Origin: Alphaproteobacteria bacterium
GTDB taxonomy: Bacteria > Pseudomonadota > Alphaproteobacteria > SP197
DNA: 64,000 nt
Assembly (NCBI GenBank): GCA_964291415.2
Contig: OZ219917.1
Coordinates: 640,001 to 704,000, forward strand
Direction of reading: 5' to 3'
Part shown: in pieces, positions 9,054 to 18,959 of the stretch
Layout of the letters: every line of letters starts with the position of its first letter
How positions within the stretch are numbered: position 1 is the stretch's first letter
Notes under the pieces: generated by a model
What the model was told of the DNA's origin: nothing
What the model saw: only the letters and a program-made list of their open reading frames with translations
Databases searched by the model: none
Position numbers and translations under genes: made by a program

Positions 9054-10538
9054 CTATCGCATGACGAAGGGGTTATCCATCGGCTCGTCCGACGTGTTGA
9101 TCCACACGGTCTTGGGCCGGGTGTAGTCGTAGATCGCCTGGGCGCCGGATTCACGCCCGTAGCCGGAATCCTTGAAACCGCCGAATTCGGCGATGGGCGA
9201 CACCACTCGGTAGGTATTGACCCACACGATTCCGGCGCGAATCCGTTTCTGGACCCGCAGGGCACGGGCAAGATCCCGTGTGAAGACCCCGGCTGCGAGC
9301 CCGTAGCGGGTGTCGTTGGCCAGGGCGACGACCTCGTCTTCTTCGCTGAAGCGCAGCACCGAGAGCACCGGTCCGAACATCTCGGTATCGACAATCTCCA
9401 TTGACTGGTCCGGACAGGACACGATTGTCGGTTCGAAGTACCACCCGGTATCGGGATGATCCGGACGCTTGCCGCCGGTGAGCAGGGTGCCTCCCTCCTC
9501 CACGGCGCGGGCCACCTGGCGTTCGCACCCCTCGAGTTGGGCCATGGTGCAGAGCGGCCCCATCTGGGTCTCTTCGGCCAGGGGGTCGCCGATGCGGATG
9601 TCGCCGGCGCGCGCCACCAGGCGTTCGATGAAGGCATCGTGGACCGACTCGTGGAGGTAGATCCGGCTGCCGGCGACACAGCTCTGTCCGCTGGCGCCGA
9701 AGATGCCGGCAAGGGAACCATTCACCGCACTCTCGATGTCGGCATCGCCGAACACGATGATGGGAGACTTGCCTCCCAGTTCGAGGGAGACTTCGGCGAA
9801 ATTGTCTGCGGAGTTCCTGACGACATGCCGGGCCGTCGCCGGTCCGCCCGTGAAACTGATGCGCGCCACCAGGGGGTGGGTGGTCAAGGTGCGTCCGCAC
9901 GGTTCGCCATGGCCGGTGACGACGTTGACCACACCCGGCGGGAACCCGGCTTCCATGGCGAGTTCGGCAAACTCAAGCATGGCGGCCGAGGCGTGTTCGC
10001 TGGCCTTCAGGACCACGGTGTTGCCGGCCGCAAGCGCCGGCCCGATCTTCACCGCGACGAGGAAGAGCTGGCTGTTCCACGGCACGACGGCGGCCACCAC
10101 GCCCAGGGGTTCGCGCGTGGTGATGGTGAGCATGTCGTGCCGGTCGATGGGCAGGGTCTCGCCGGTCACCTTGTCGGCGAGGCCTGCATAGAAGTGAAAG
10201 AACTCGGCGATGTAGCGCGCCTGCCAGCGCGTCTCCTTGAACATCTTCCCGGTGTCGATGCACTCGGTGCGGCCCAGGTCCTCCGAGCGCTCGGCGAGCA
10301 GACCGGCGAGATTGCGCAGCAGGCGCCCCCGCTGGGTCGGCAGCATGGTCGCCCAGGGACCGCTGGTGAAGGCGCGATGCGCCGCCTGGACGGCCCGGTC
10401 GACATCCTCCCCGGTGGCGGCGGCGACCGTGGCCCAGGCCTTGCCGGTCGCCGGGTTGATGCTGTCGAAGGTGCCGCCGTCTCCGGAATCGACCCATGCG
10501 CCGTCGATCAGCATGCGGTAGTGCTTGAGTTCGTCCAT
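9054..10538 (-). CDS. Aldehyde dehydrogenase, TgnC-like
   Basis: PWNSQLFL, LKASE, FTGG, LELGGKSP, GQSCVAGSR, EMFGPV; C-terminus DEPMDNPFVMR resembles the TgnC subfamily as recalled. Confidence 0.9.
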   Translation of the reverse strand: MDELKHYRMLIDGAWVDSGDGGTFDSINPATGKAWATVAAATGEDVDRAVQAAHRAFTSGPWATMLPTQRGRLLRNLAGLLAERSEDLGRTECIDTGKMFKETRWQARYIAEFFHFYAGLADKVTGETLPIDRHDMLTITTREPLGVVAAVVPWNSQLFLVAVKIGPALAAGNTVVLKASEHASAAMLEFAELAMEAGFPPGVVNVVTGHGEPCGRTLTTHPLVARISFTGGPATARHVVRNSADNFAEVSLELGGKSPIIVFGDADIESAVNGSLAGIFGASGQSCVAGSRIYLHESVHDAFIERLVARAGDIRIGDPLAEETQMGPLCTMAQLEGCERQVARAVEEGGTLLTGGKRPDHPDTGWYFEPTIVSCPDQSMEIVDTEMFGPVLSVLRFSEEDEVVALANDTRYGLAAGVFTRDLARALRVQKRIRAGIVWVNTYRVVSPIAEFGGFKDSGYGRESGAQAIYDYTRPKTVWINTSDEPMDNPFVMR

Positions 10539-10639
10539 GATACCCGGCCCCGTTCCTGACAGCGGCCATTCAACACAGGCTTGCACACTGAACGCAACTC
10601 CCCACAGTGTCATCCGCCACACCAGGGGAGAACCGGACA

Positions 10640-11053
10640 ATGACGACGAAGAAACAGGTGATCGGCGGACCGCTGTCGATTGGCGGGCGGGTCCTGTCGC
10701 TTTCCCGCGCCATCCGGGCCGGGGATTTCGTGTTCCTGACCGGCCAGATCCCGCTTGAGGACGGAAAGCCGATGACCCATGGCAGCGTCGAGCAGCAGAC
10801 CCGGGTCGTCATCGAGGCGATTCGCGAGACCCTGGCGGAGGCGGGCTGCGATCTCGGCGACGTGGTGAAGGCCATGGTGTGGCTGAGGGACCGCGCCGAT
10901 TTCCCCGGCTTCAACGCGGTCTATGCGGAGTACTTTCCGATGGAGCCGCCTGCCCGCTCGGCGGTCATCTCCGAGTTGCTGGTCGATGTCCGCGTCGAGA
11001 TCGAGGTCGTCGCATTCAAACCGCTCGACGCGACATCCCGAGTCGCGCCATGA
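10640..11053 (+). CDS. RidA/YjgF/UK114 family protein
   Basis: GDFVFLTGQ, FNAVYAEYF, PPARSAV, VEIE; GGAG RBS upstream. Confidence 0.9.
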   Translation: MTTKKQVIGGPLSIGGRVLSLSRAIRAGDFVFLTGQIPLEDGKPMTHGSVEQQTRVVIEAIRETLAEAGCDLGDVVKAMVWLRDRADFPGFNAVYAEYFPMEPPARSAVISELLVDVRVEIEVVAFKPLDATSRVAP

Positions 11054-11099
11054 GGCGATCCTCGCCTATGATGGTGACAGCCGAATGTGGTTCGAGGCC

Positions 11100-11843
11100 A
11101 TGAAGATCTACCCCACCATCGAAATCATGGGAGGCAAGGCGGTCAATCGTGTGGATGGCCGTCACGAGACTCCCGAGCCCTTCGACCTCTCTCCGGAGGA
11201 TGCCGCCCGCCGGTTCGCCGACGCCGGTGCGGACTGCCTCCATGTGGTGGATGTCGACGGGACACTCCAGGGCGGCCGCCACAACGCCAAGCAGATCTGC
11301 CGCATCATCGACGGCGTGGCCATTCCGGTCCAGGTTGCGGGCGGCATCCGCTCGATCGGGTCCGTGCACTGGTGGTTCGAGCACGGCGCCTGGCGTGTGG
11401 GTCTGGGGACGGCAGCAGTCAAGGACCGGCACCTCGTCACCGACGCCTGCACGGCGTACCCGGACCGAATCATTGCCACGGTGGCAGCGCGCAACGGCAT
11501 GGTGGTCATCGAGGGATGGCGCGAGGAAACCGCCTTCCCGGCGATAGAGATGGCGAAGAGCCTGGTGGCGGCCGGTATCTCGGAAATCGTCTTTGTCGAC
11601 CTTGACCGCGACAAGGAACCCAGGGACTACAGTTTCGCCCGGACCATGCGCATGGGTGAGGCTCTCGACGTGCCGGTGATCTCGAGCGGCACGGTCACCG
11701 GCATCGACGATGTCTCGATGCTGAAGTACCTGCCGAACATTGGCGGCTGCATCATCGGCAGGGCACTGTTCCTTGGCCGCATCGATCTTGCCGAGGCCAT
11801 CGGCACCGCCCGCGCCTCCTACACGCCTGCACGGCTGATCTGA
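11100..11843 (+). CDS. HisA-like TIM-barrel paralogue
   Basis: IYPTIEIMGGKAV, LHVVDVDG, VQVAGGIRS, LGTAAV, IIGRALF; first catalytic Asp replaced by Glu; not in a his operon. Confidence 0.8.
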   Translation: MKIYPTIEIMGGKAVNRVDGRHETPEPFDLSPEDAARRFADAGADCLHVVDVDGTLQGGRHNAKQICRIIDGVAIPVQVAGGIRSIGSVHWWFEHGAWRVGLGTAAVKDRHLVTDACTAYPDRIIATVAARNGMVVIEGWREETAFPAIEMAKSLVAAGISEIVFVDLDRDKEPRDYSFARTMRMGEALDVPVISSGTVTGIDDVSMLKYLPNIGGCIIGRALFLGRIDLAEAIGTARASYTPARLI

Positions 11844-12643
11844 TGGGTGGGGTTGGTGTCGAGCGGCGCGGCCAGCTGCTGGAGATCACGATCGACCGGC
11901 CGAAGGTCAACGCCATCGACCGGGCTACAAGCCGTCTCATGGGAGAGGCCTTCGTCGCCTTTCGCGATGATCAGGACCTCAGGGTGGCGATTCTCACGGC
12001 CTCGGGAGACCGCCTGTTTTCGGCCGGCTGGGACCTCAAGGCTCTCGAGAGCGGCGATCAGCAGCTCGACAACTGGTGGGAAACGGAAGACGCCTCGCTG
12101 GGCGGCTTCGCCGGCATCACGGAGATGTGGAATCTCGACAAGCCGGTGATCGCCGCCCTCAACGGCCACGCCATCGGCGGCGGATTCGAGATTGCGCTCG
12201 CCTGTGATCTCGTCGTCGCTGCCGATCACGTGGAGTTTGCCCTGCCCGAGCTGCCCCTCGGCATTGTGCCGGATGCCGGAGCCCTGCAGCGCCTGCCGCG
12301 ACGCCTGCCAACCAATGTCGCCTTGGAAATGCTGCTGCTCGGCCGCCGCATGAAGGCCGCCGAGGCGCGGCGGCTGGGACTGGTGAACGCCGTCGTTCCG
12401 GCGGCCCAGCTCATGGCGAAGGCCCGCCACTGGGGTGAACGCCTTGCCACCGGCGCGCCACTGGCACTGGGCGCGGTCAAGGAGGTGCTGCGGGCCATCG
12501 AGGGAGAGACCATCGAGGGTGCCTTCAGAACCATGCGCTCGGCCGACCTCCCCCTCTACCGGCGAATGCTGGCCTCCGATGACGCGCGGGAAGGCATCAG
12601 CGCCTTCGTTGAACGGCGTCAGCCGGTCTTCCTGGGCAGATGA
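11843..12643 (+). CDS. caiD: Carnitinyl-CoA dehydratase-like enoyl-CoA hydratase
   Basis: RPKVNAIDRATSRLMGEAF..FRDD..LRVAI..FSAGWDLKA and GGFAGITE match CaiD. Confidence 0.8.
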   Translation: MGGVGVERRGQLLEITIDRPKVNAIDRATSRLMGEAFVAFRDDQDLRVAILTASGDRLFSAGWDLKALESGDQQLDNWWETEDASLGGFAGITEMWNLDKPVIAALNGHAIGGGFEIALACDLVVAADHVEFALPELPLGIVPDAGALQRLPRRLPTNVALEMLLLGRRMKAAEARRLGLVNAVVPAAQLMAKARHWGERLATGAPLALGAVKEVLRAIEGETIEGAFRTMRSADLPLYRRMLASDDAREGISAFVERRQPVFLGR

Positions 12644-13593
12644 CGATGGGCCGGCCTCAGCCACAGGACGTCTCGGCCGTGACCTGCCTTGGCGCCGGAC
12701 CGATCGGCGCCGGGTGGGCGGCGTTCTTCCTGGCCGCGGGCCATGACGTGACCTCCTGGATTCTCGAGGCGGACGAGGAGGAGAAACTCCGCTCCCTGGT
12801 GGCGACGGCCTGGGGCGCCCTGGAGCAGCTCGGTACTGTGGACGGCGCATCGCCCGGGCGGCTGCATGTCACCACGGACCTCCAGGCGGCCGTCGCCGGG
12901 GCCGACTTCGTGCAGGAGAGCGTGCCGGAAATCCTCGAGGTGAAGCAGGCGGTCTACGCGGATCTGGGCCGCCTGGCGCCACCGGATGTTGTCCTGTGTT
13001 CCTCGACCTCGGGTCTTTCCATGAGCGATATCCAGGCGCGCTGTCCGTCGCCGGAGCGCACGGTCACCGGCCATCCCTTCAATCCGCCCTACCTCATGCC
13101 GCTGGTCGAGATCGTCGCCGGTCGCCGGACGGACGCGGACGTGGTGGCCTGGACGGCGGCGTTCTTTCGCCACGTCGGCAAGGCCCCCCTTGTCATGGAA
13201 CGCGAGGTTCCCGGATTCATTGCCACGCGGTTGCAGGAGGCGATCTGGCGCGAGGCCCTGCACATGATTGCAGCCGGGGAGGCGACGGTCGAGCAGATCG
13301 ACACGGCGGTAACCAACGGCCCCGGACCGCGCTGGGCTCTCATGGGACCCTGCATGGTGTTCCATGTCGGCGGCGGCGAGGGCGGCATGGCCTATTGCCT
13401 GGAGCAGTTCGGACCGGCGCTGAAGTTTCCGTGGAGCCGCCTCGATGCGCCTGAACTCACAGACGACCTCGCGCGGCGCCTCATCGACGGCTGTGACGCG
13501 GCCGCCCCGGGAGAAGACTTCCGGACGCTGTCGGCGAAGATGAACGAGGGACTTGTCGGAGTTCTCAAAGCCCGTCGCGCGGCCGGTTTCTGA
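12640..13593 (+). CDS. cdhA: L-carnitine dehydrogenase (3-hydroxyacyl-CoA dehydrogenase family)
   Basis: GAGPIGAGWAA, QESVPE, SSTSG, GHPFNPPYLMPLVE, GPGPRWALMG, QFGPALKFPWSRLDAPEL. Confidence 0.8.
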   Translation: MTMGRPQPQDVSAVTCLGAGPIGAGWAAFFLAAGHDVTSWILEADEEEKLRSLVATAWGALEQLGTVDGASPGRLHVTTDLQAAVAGADFVQESVPEILEVKQAVYADLGRLAPPDVVLCSSTSGLSMSDIQARCPSPERTVTGHPFNPPYLMPLVEIVAGRRTDADVVAWTAAFFRHVGKAPLVMEREVPGFIATRLQEAIWREALHMIAAGEATVEQIDTAVTNGPGPRWALMGPCMVFHVGGGEGGMAYCLEQFGPALKFPWSRLDAPELTDDLARRLIDGCDAAAPGEDFRTLSAKMNEGLVGVLKARRAAGF

Positions 13594-13628
13594 CCATTCA
13601 GCCACTTGATTGACCTGGAGGACCATCC

Positions 13629-14513
13629 ATGAATACGGACGTCATCATCACTTGTGCCGTCACCGGCGCCGGGGATACGGCTTCACGGAGCGACAAGGTT
13701 CCGGTGACCCCGCGACAGATTGCCGATGCGGCGATCGAGGCGGCCCACGCGGGCGCTGCGGTCACTCATATCCACGTGCGTAATCCCGAGACCGGCAAGG
13801 GCTCGCGGGATCCCGATCTGTTCGAAGAGACCGTCAATCTGATCAGGCAGGATGGTGTCGACGTGATTCTCAACCTGACAGCGGGCATGGGCGGCGACTT
13901 CAATCTTGATGACGACAATCCGTCGCGCCCCGGCCCCGGCAGTGACATCGTCGGTCCCCTCGAACGGCTGCGGCATGTCGATCGCCTGCGCCCGGAGATC
14001 TGCTCTCTCGACTGCGGCACCATCAACTTCGGCGACGGCAACGAGACCTACGTCAACCCGGCCTCCTGGTGCCGCACCATGGCATCGCGCATCCGCGAGA
14101 TGGGGGTCAAGCCGGAAATCGAGGTGTTCGATCTCGGCCAGGTCCGTCTCGCATGCGCCATGTACGACGAGGGACTCATCGAGGATCCGCCCCTCTTCCA
14201 GGTCTGCCTCGGCATTCCCTGGGGTGCGGGGGCCGATACGCGCTCCATGATGACGATGGCGGACTGCCTGCCTCAGGGAGCCAACTGGGCGGGCTTTGGC
14301 ATCAGCCGCATGCAGATGCCCATGGTCGCCCAGGCCATGCTGCTCGGCGGCAATGTCCGGGTCGGTCTCGAGGACAACCTCTATCTGAAGCGCGGTGTGC
14401 TGGCGACCAACGGCCAGCTTGTCGAGAAGGCGGCCGGTATCATCGAGATGATGGGCGGACGGGTTGTCGGCGCGGCTGAAGCACGCCAGAAACTCGGTCT
14501 CGCCGCGGCATGA
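13629..14513 (+). CDS. Beta-keto acid cleavage enzyme (DUF849), 3-dehydrocarnitine cleavage CdhC-like
   Basis: [40 protein letters not shown]; follows carnitine dehydrogenase. Confidence 0.9.
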   Translation: MNTDVIITCAVTGAGDTASRSDKVPVTPRQIADAAIEAAHAGAAVTHIHVRNPETGKGSRDPDLFEETVNLIRQDGVDVILNLTAGMGGDFNLDDDNPSRPGPGSDIVGPLERLRHVDRLRPEICSLDCGTINFGDGNETYVNPASWCRTMASRIREMGVKPEIEVFDLGQVRLACAMYDEGLIEDPPLFQVCLGIPWGAGADTRSMMTMADCLPQGANWAGFGISRMQMPMVAQAMLLGGNVRVGLEDNLYLKRGVLATNGQLVEKAAGIIEMMGGRVVGAAEARQKLGLAAA

Positions 14514-14520
14514 GGCCCGG

Positions 14521-14547
14521 GCGAGGGGCGCCGGGGGCGCCTCTCGC
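14521..14547 (+). terminator. GC-rich hairpin after the DUF849 gene
   Basis: gcgaggggcgcc-ggg-ggcgcctctcgc stem; no U-tract. Confidence 0.4.
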
Positions 14548-14613
14548 CACCGTAATGTCACCGGAATCAATCCTGGCGTAGTATCCGAATGTCAACGACA
14601 GGGGGAAGGCACC

Positions 14614-15681
14614 ATGAAGTTCAGTCTTTCGATCGATCTTGCCCGCGACAACCCGTCGGTCGACATGCGGGATGTCGCACGCCACGCCATGGACATGGTT
14701 CAGATGGCCGAGTCGGGGGGATTCGAGATTGTCTGGGCTGCCGAACACCATGCGATCGAGATGACGATCGCGCCCAACCCCTTCCAGCTGCTGGCGTGGT
14801 TCGGCGCCAACACCGACCAGATCCGCCTCGGCATCGCGGTGGTCCAGGCTCCCTACTGGCACCCGATCAAGGTCGCCGGAGAGGTCGGCCTGCTCGATCT
14901 CATGTCGGGCGGACGGGTGGAGTTCGGCATCGGCCGCGGCGCCTACCAGCGTGAATTCGACCGCATGATGGGAGGCATGGACCAGCACAAGGGGGTCGCC
15001 TACATGCAGGAGATGCTGCCGGTGCTCAAGGGCCTGTGGGCTGGAGACCACGAGCACCAGGGCGAGTTCTGGTCATTTCCCTCGGCAACCGCCTGTCCCA
15101 AGCCCCTGCAGAAGCCCCACCCTCCCCTGTGGGTCGCGGCACGTCATCCCTCGACCTACGACTGGGCCCTCTCCCAGGGGTGCAACATCATGTCCTGGGC
15201 GCTGACCCGTCCCTTCAGCGAGGTCGAGAAGTACCGGCAGCAGTTCGAGGATGCGCTGGCGAGGGGTCCGGGCATTCCGCGGCCGCGCTTCCTGACGATG
15301 CGCCATGCCGCCGTCTACCAGGACCGTGAGCGTGGCTGGCAGCCCTTTGTCGAGGCGGTGCAGAGGAGTGGCGTGCAGTTCGAGAACCTGTTCAAGCAGC
15401 TCGGAGAGGTGAAGAACGGCTTTGTCGAGGCGGTCGATCTTGCCTCGCTCGACAATGTCGCCGAATACGATCCCGAAATGCTGCGCACCAATCTGGTCTT
15501 CGGTACGCCTGACGAGGTGATTGCCAAACTACGCCGCTACGAGGCCCTCGGTGTCGACAATTTCCTCTATCGCGTGACCGGTCCGACGTTCGAATTGCAG
15601 AAGTCCTCGTTGCGCCTTTTCATCGACGAGGTCATGCCGGCCTTCCCGAACTCGCGCGCCTTCATGAAGGCGGCGGAATAG
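14614..15681 (+). CDS. LLM-class flavin-dependent monooxygenase, TgnB-like
   Basis: MKFSL, WAAEHHA.EMTIAPNP, PYWHPIKVAGE, GRGAY, PKPLQKPHPPLWVAAR, EVMPAF. Confidence 0.88.
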   Translation: MKFSLSIDLARDNPSVDMRDVARHAMDMVQMAESGGFEIVWAAEHHAIEMTIAPNPFQLLAWFGANTDQIRLGIAVVQAPYWHPIKVAGEVGLLDLMSGGRVEFGIGRGAYQREFDRMMGGMDQHKGVAYMQEMLPVLKGLWAGDHEHQGEFWSFPSATACPKPLQKPHPPLWVAARHPSTYDWALSQGCNIMSWALTRPFSEVEKYRQQFEDALARGPGIPRPRFLTMRHAAVYQDRERGWQPFVEAVQRSGVQFENLFKQLGEVKNGFVEAVDLASLDNVAEYDPEMLRTNLVFGTPDEVIAKLRRYEALGVDNFLYRVTGPTFELQKSSLRLFIDEVMPAFPNSRAFMKAAE

Positions 15682-15690
15682 GGATCCGGC

Positions 15691-15719
15691 CTTGCGATTC
15701 GGCGACAGCCGTCCCACCT
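15691..15719 (+). promoter_or_regulatory. Possible RpoH-type promoter for the cnoX-LonN genes
   Basis: CTTG-N18-CCCACCT about 40 bp upstream of a chaperedoxin gene that is usually heat-shock regulated. Confidence 0.4.
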
Positions 15720-15760
15720 AACGGACCAGCATCAGACACGAGACCAGGAAGGCGGCGATC

Positions 15761-16675
15761 ATGGCGTTCATCATCCAGGGAGGAGAGTCGCAGGCTGCGC
15801 CGGAAGCGGGCGGTGGCGACGTCAAGGACGTGACCACAGCGACGTTCCAGCAGGATGTCCTGCTGGCGTCCCGCGAAAAACCGGTCATCGTCGATCTGTG
15901 GGCGCCCTGGTGCGGGCCGTGCAAGCAGATCGCTCCCATTCTCGAAAAAGTGGTCCGGGCGGCCGCCGGCAAGGTCACCCTGGTGAAGATCAACATTGAC
16001 GAGGAGCCGCAGATCGCCCAGGCCCTGAGGGTGCAGTCGATTCCGGCGGTGTTCGCCTTCGATCAGGGGCAGCCGGTGGACGGCTTCGTCGGGGTCCAGC
16101 CGGAGAGCCAGATCAAGGCCTTCGTCGAACGCCTGGTCGGCAACATCGGACCAAGCGCCGTGGAGCAGGCTCTCGCCCAGGCGGATGAAGCCCTGGAAGG
16201 GGGTTCCGCCGAGCAGGCTGCAGCCATCTACCGCCAGGTCCTGACGCGCGAGACCGACAACGTCGATGCGGCCGCGGGTCTGTGCCGCTCGCTCATTGTC
16301 CTGGGACGCACAGGTGAGGTGACGGACCTGCTCGACAGTCTTGACGACGCCGTTGCCGACGACGAACGCATCAAGGGTGTCAGGGCCCAGCTGGAACTCC
16401 TGGACGGCGCCACCGGTGACATGGCGGCACTCGAGGCGAGAGTCGCGGCCGATGGCAAGGACTTCGAGGCGCGGCTCGAACTGGCGCGGGCGCTTGCCGC
16501 CGTGGACCGGCGCGAGGACGCGGTCGATCAGCTGATCGCCATCATTGCTCTCAAGCGCGACTGGAACGACGAGGCGGCACGCAAGGAGCTCCTGAAGTTC
16601 TTCGAGGCCTGGGGACCGACCGATCAGGCGGCCGTCGACGGCCGCCGCAAGCTGTCGTCGGCCTGGTTCAGCTAG
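15761..16675 (+). CDS. cnoX: Thioredoxin-TPR chaperedoxin (CnoX/YbbN)
   Basis: WAPWCGPCK, VQSIP, TPR-like C-terminal half ending GRRKLSS. Confidence 0.92.
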   Translation: MAFIIQGGESQAAPEAGGGDVKDVTTATFQQDVLLASREKPVIVDLWAPWCGPCKQIAPILEKVVRAAAGKVTLVKINIDEEPQIAQALRVQSIPAVFAFDQGQPVDGFVGVQPESQIKAFVERLVGNIGPSAVEQALAQADEALEGGSAEQAAAIYRQVLTRETDNVDAAAGLCRSLIVLGRTGEVTDLLDSLDDAVADDERIKGVRAQLELLDGATGDMAALEARVAADGKDFEARLELARALAAVDRREDAVDQLIAIIALKRDWNDEAARKELLKFFEAWGPTDQAAVDGRRKLSSAWFS

Positions 16676-16693
16676 GGTTGCGGTCGTGGCGTG

Positions 16694-17362
16694 ATGGCGG
16701 GCCTGCCGTACTACCGCACCATCGACGGACTGCCGTCGACCATTCCCGTCTTTCCCCTCCCCGGGGCTCTCCTGCTGCCGCGTGGCACCCTGCCGCTCAA
16801 CATCTTCGAACCCCGCTATGTTTCCATGGTCGAGGATGCCCTGAAGTCCGACGGCCGCGTGATCGGCATGATCCAGCCCGACGAAGAGGCGGATGATGTC
16901 GGATCGGCCCATTGCTTTGCCATCGGATGCGCCGGACGCATCATCCAGTTCACCGAAACCGACGACGGCCGCTACCTGATCACGCTGATCGGACTGGCGC
17001 GCTACCGCGTGGCGCGGGAACTCGCCCTTGCCGCCGGCGCCTACCGTCTGGTCGAAGCCGACTACACGGACTTCGCCGACGACATGAAGCCCGTTTCCGC
17101 CACCGACATGATCGAACGCACCACCCTCATCGCCCACCTCAAGCAGTTTTTTCACAAGAAGCAGATCGAGGCGGACTGGGACGCCATCGGCAAGGCGAAC
17201 GACGAAACGCTGGTGACGGCGCTCTCCATGGTCTGCCCCTTCAGTCCCCTGGAGAAGCAGGCCCTGCTCGAAGCCGGGGACTTTCTCGAGCGCGCCAGCA
17301 TCCTCACCACCCTGCTCGAGATCGGCAGCCGCGAAGACGACGACAGCCCCGTGCAGCAGTGA
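16694..17362 (+). CDS. LON peptidase substrate-binding (N-terminal) domain protein
   Basis: IPVFPLPGALLLPRGTLPLNIFEPRY, IGCAGRI, ETDDGRYLI, CPFSPLEKQALLEA. Confidence 0.92.
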   Translation: MAGLPYYRTIDGLPSTIPVFPLPGALLLPRGTLPLNIFEPRYVSMVEDALKSDGRVIGMIQPDEEADDVGSAHCFAIGCAGRIIQFTETDDGRYLITLIGLARYRVARELALAAGAYRLVEADYTDFADDMKPVSATDMIERTTLIAHLKQFFHKKQIEADWDAIGKANDETLVTALSMVCPFSPLEKQALLEAGDFLERASILTTLLEIGSREDDDSPVQQ

Positions 17363-17365
17363 CGC
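17251..17365 (+). repeat. LonN 3' end direct repeat, copy 1 (in the intact gene)
   Basis: 115 bp recurring at 19704-19818 and partly at 23346-23402. Confidence 0.95.
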
Positions 17366-17469
17366 ACCAAGGGGAAACGAGGCCAGGCCCGCTCGGGAGA
17401 CCGGCATGACGTTGACTGCGGATGGCCGCGTCAGGAGTTCATTCGCGCCATCGGGTTGCGAGCGTGCCC

Positions 17470-17645
17470 GTCCTGTCGAAAAGAAGGTTACATTGAGAAC
17501 TTCAAGGCGCGGCCTCGCGACGAACTCCTCGACGGGGAGATGTTCTCCATCCTGTGGTGTCAAGGCACGCCGCGCGACTGCATGACAGCCTGGGACAACG
17601 CCAGCCCCGCAGACGAACCTCATGCCAGGCTTGGCCGCCCGGTTT
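17470..17645 (+). mobile_element. IS3-family transposase C-terminal remnant
   Basis: GYIENFKARPRDELLDGEMF ... PHARLG resembles the IS3 signature NGYIESFNARLRDELLNGEIF ... RPHSSLG. Confidence 0.7.
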
Positions 17646-17899
17646 CGCTCCACTGCGCCGATCGGCCAGAATTGCCGAGAAGTCGTCGACACACCAGGGT
17701 TCACAATGAACCGCGAGAGTTGGTCAATGGGACACCGGCCTGTGTCAGAGCACAACGTGGCCGGGGTCACCGGTAATGTCGTGCGGCGCTTTTTCGAACC
17801 GGGGCCGTTCGCCCCGCCCTCTTGAAGTGGTCCGGAGCGGGAGTTGGAATGAACCGCCGAACCGGAACCGCGCAGGATCCGTCTGATGGAGTGGCTCGG

Positions 17900-18949
17900 A
17901 TGAGCGAATCCGCCGAACGAAGACCGGCCATGGACGTGAGAACGTTCGTTCGCAACCTGCCCAAGACCGAACTCCACCTGCACCTGGAGGGCTCGCTCGA
18001 GCCCGAGATGCTCATGCGTCTGGCTGCAAGGAACAGGGTCGAGATCCCGTTCCGTTCTGTGGAGGAGATTCGGGCCGCCTACCGCTTCGCGGAACTCCAG
18101 GAATTCCTCGACATCTATTACCAGGGCATGAACGTGTTGCGCGAGGAGGAGGACTTCTACGACCTCACCATGGCCTACCTGAAGCGCGCTGCGGCCGATG
18201 GCGCCGTTCACGTCGAAGTGTTCTACGACCCGCAGGGGCACACCGTGCGCGGCGTCCCCATTGCGACCGTCACGGACGGCATCCTGGCTGCGCTCGCCGA
18301 TGGACGCGGCGAACTCGGCATCACCTCGTTGCTGATCCTCTGCGTTCTGCGCCATCTGCCCGAGGACGACGGCTTCGCCACCTTCCGCCAGGCCGAACCC
18401 TGGATCGCAGACGGCCGAATCGCCGGTCTCGGCCTCGATTCGACCGAGAAGGGTAATCCGCCCGGCAAGTTCCTGCGCCTTTACGCCGCGGCCCGAGAAG
18501 CCGGGCTCAAGCTTGTTGCTCATGCCGGCGAGGAGGGCCCGGCTGCCTATGTCGCCGATGCGGTGGATGTGCTGGGAGTCGATCGCGTGGATCACGGCAA
18601 CCGTGCACTCGAGGACCCAATGCTGGTGCGGCGTCTGGTCAAACGGGGCATGACGCTGACGGTCTGTCCGCTCTCCAATCTCCGTCTGTGCGGTGTGACA
18701 GACATGAGGCATCATCCGCTGAAGCGCATGCTCGACGCGGGACTCAAGGTCACCGTCAACTCCGACGATCCGTCCTATTTCGGCGGGTATCTGCTGGACA
18801 ACTACGTGGCTGTGGCCGAGGCTCTGGAACTTGGACGGCGTGACCTGGTCACCTTGATCCGCAACTCCATCGAGGGCTCGTTCATGGAAGATCCGGTCAA
18901 GCAGTCTCATCTGCGTCGGATCGAGCGTGTCGTCGAAACGGGGGAATGA
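17900..18949 (+). CDS. add: Adenosine/adenine deaminase
   Basis: LPKTELHLHLEG, HAGEEG, VCPLSN, NSDDPSYFG; GGAG RBS before ATG 17900. Confidence 0.92.
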   Translation: MSESAERRPAMDVRTFVRNLPKTELHLHLEGSLEPEMLMRLAARNRVEIPFRSVEEIRAAYRFAELQEFLDIYYQGMNVLREEEDFYDLTMAYLKRAAADGAVHVEVFYDPQGHTVRGVPIATVTDGILAALADGRGELGITSLLILCVLRHLPEDDGFATFRQAEPWIADGRIAGLGLDSTEKGNPPGKFLRLYAAAREAGLKLVAHAGEEGPAAYVADAVDVLGVDRVDHGNRALEDPMLVRRLVKRGMTLTVCPLSNLRLCGVTDMRHHPLKRMLDAGLKVTVNSDDPSYFGGYLLDNYVAVAEALELGRRDLVTLIRNSIEGSFMEDPVKQSHLRRIERVVETGE

Positions 18950-18959
18950 TCCGGCCGCG

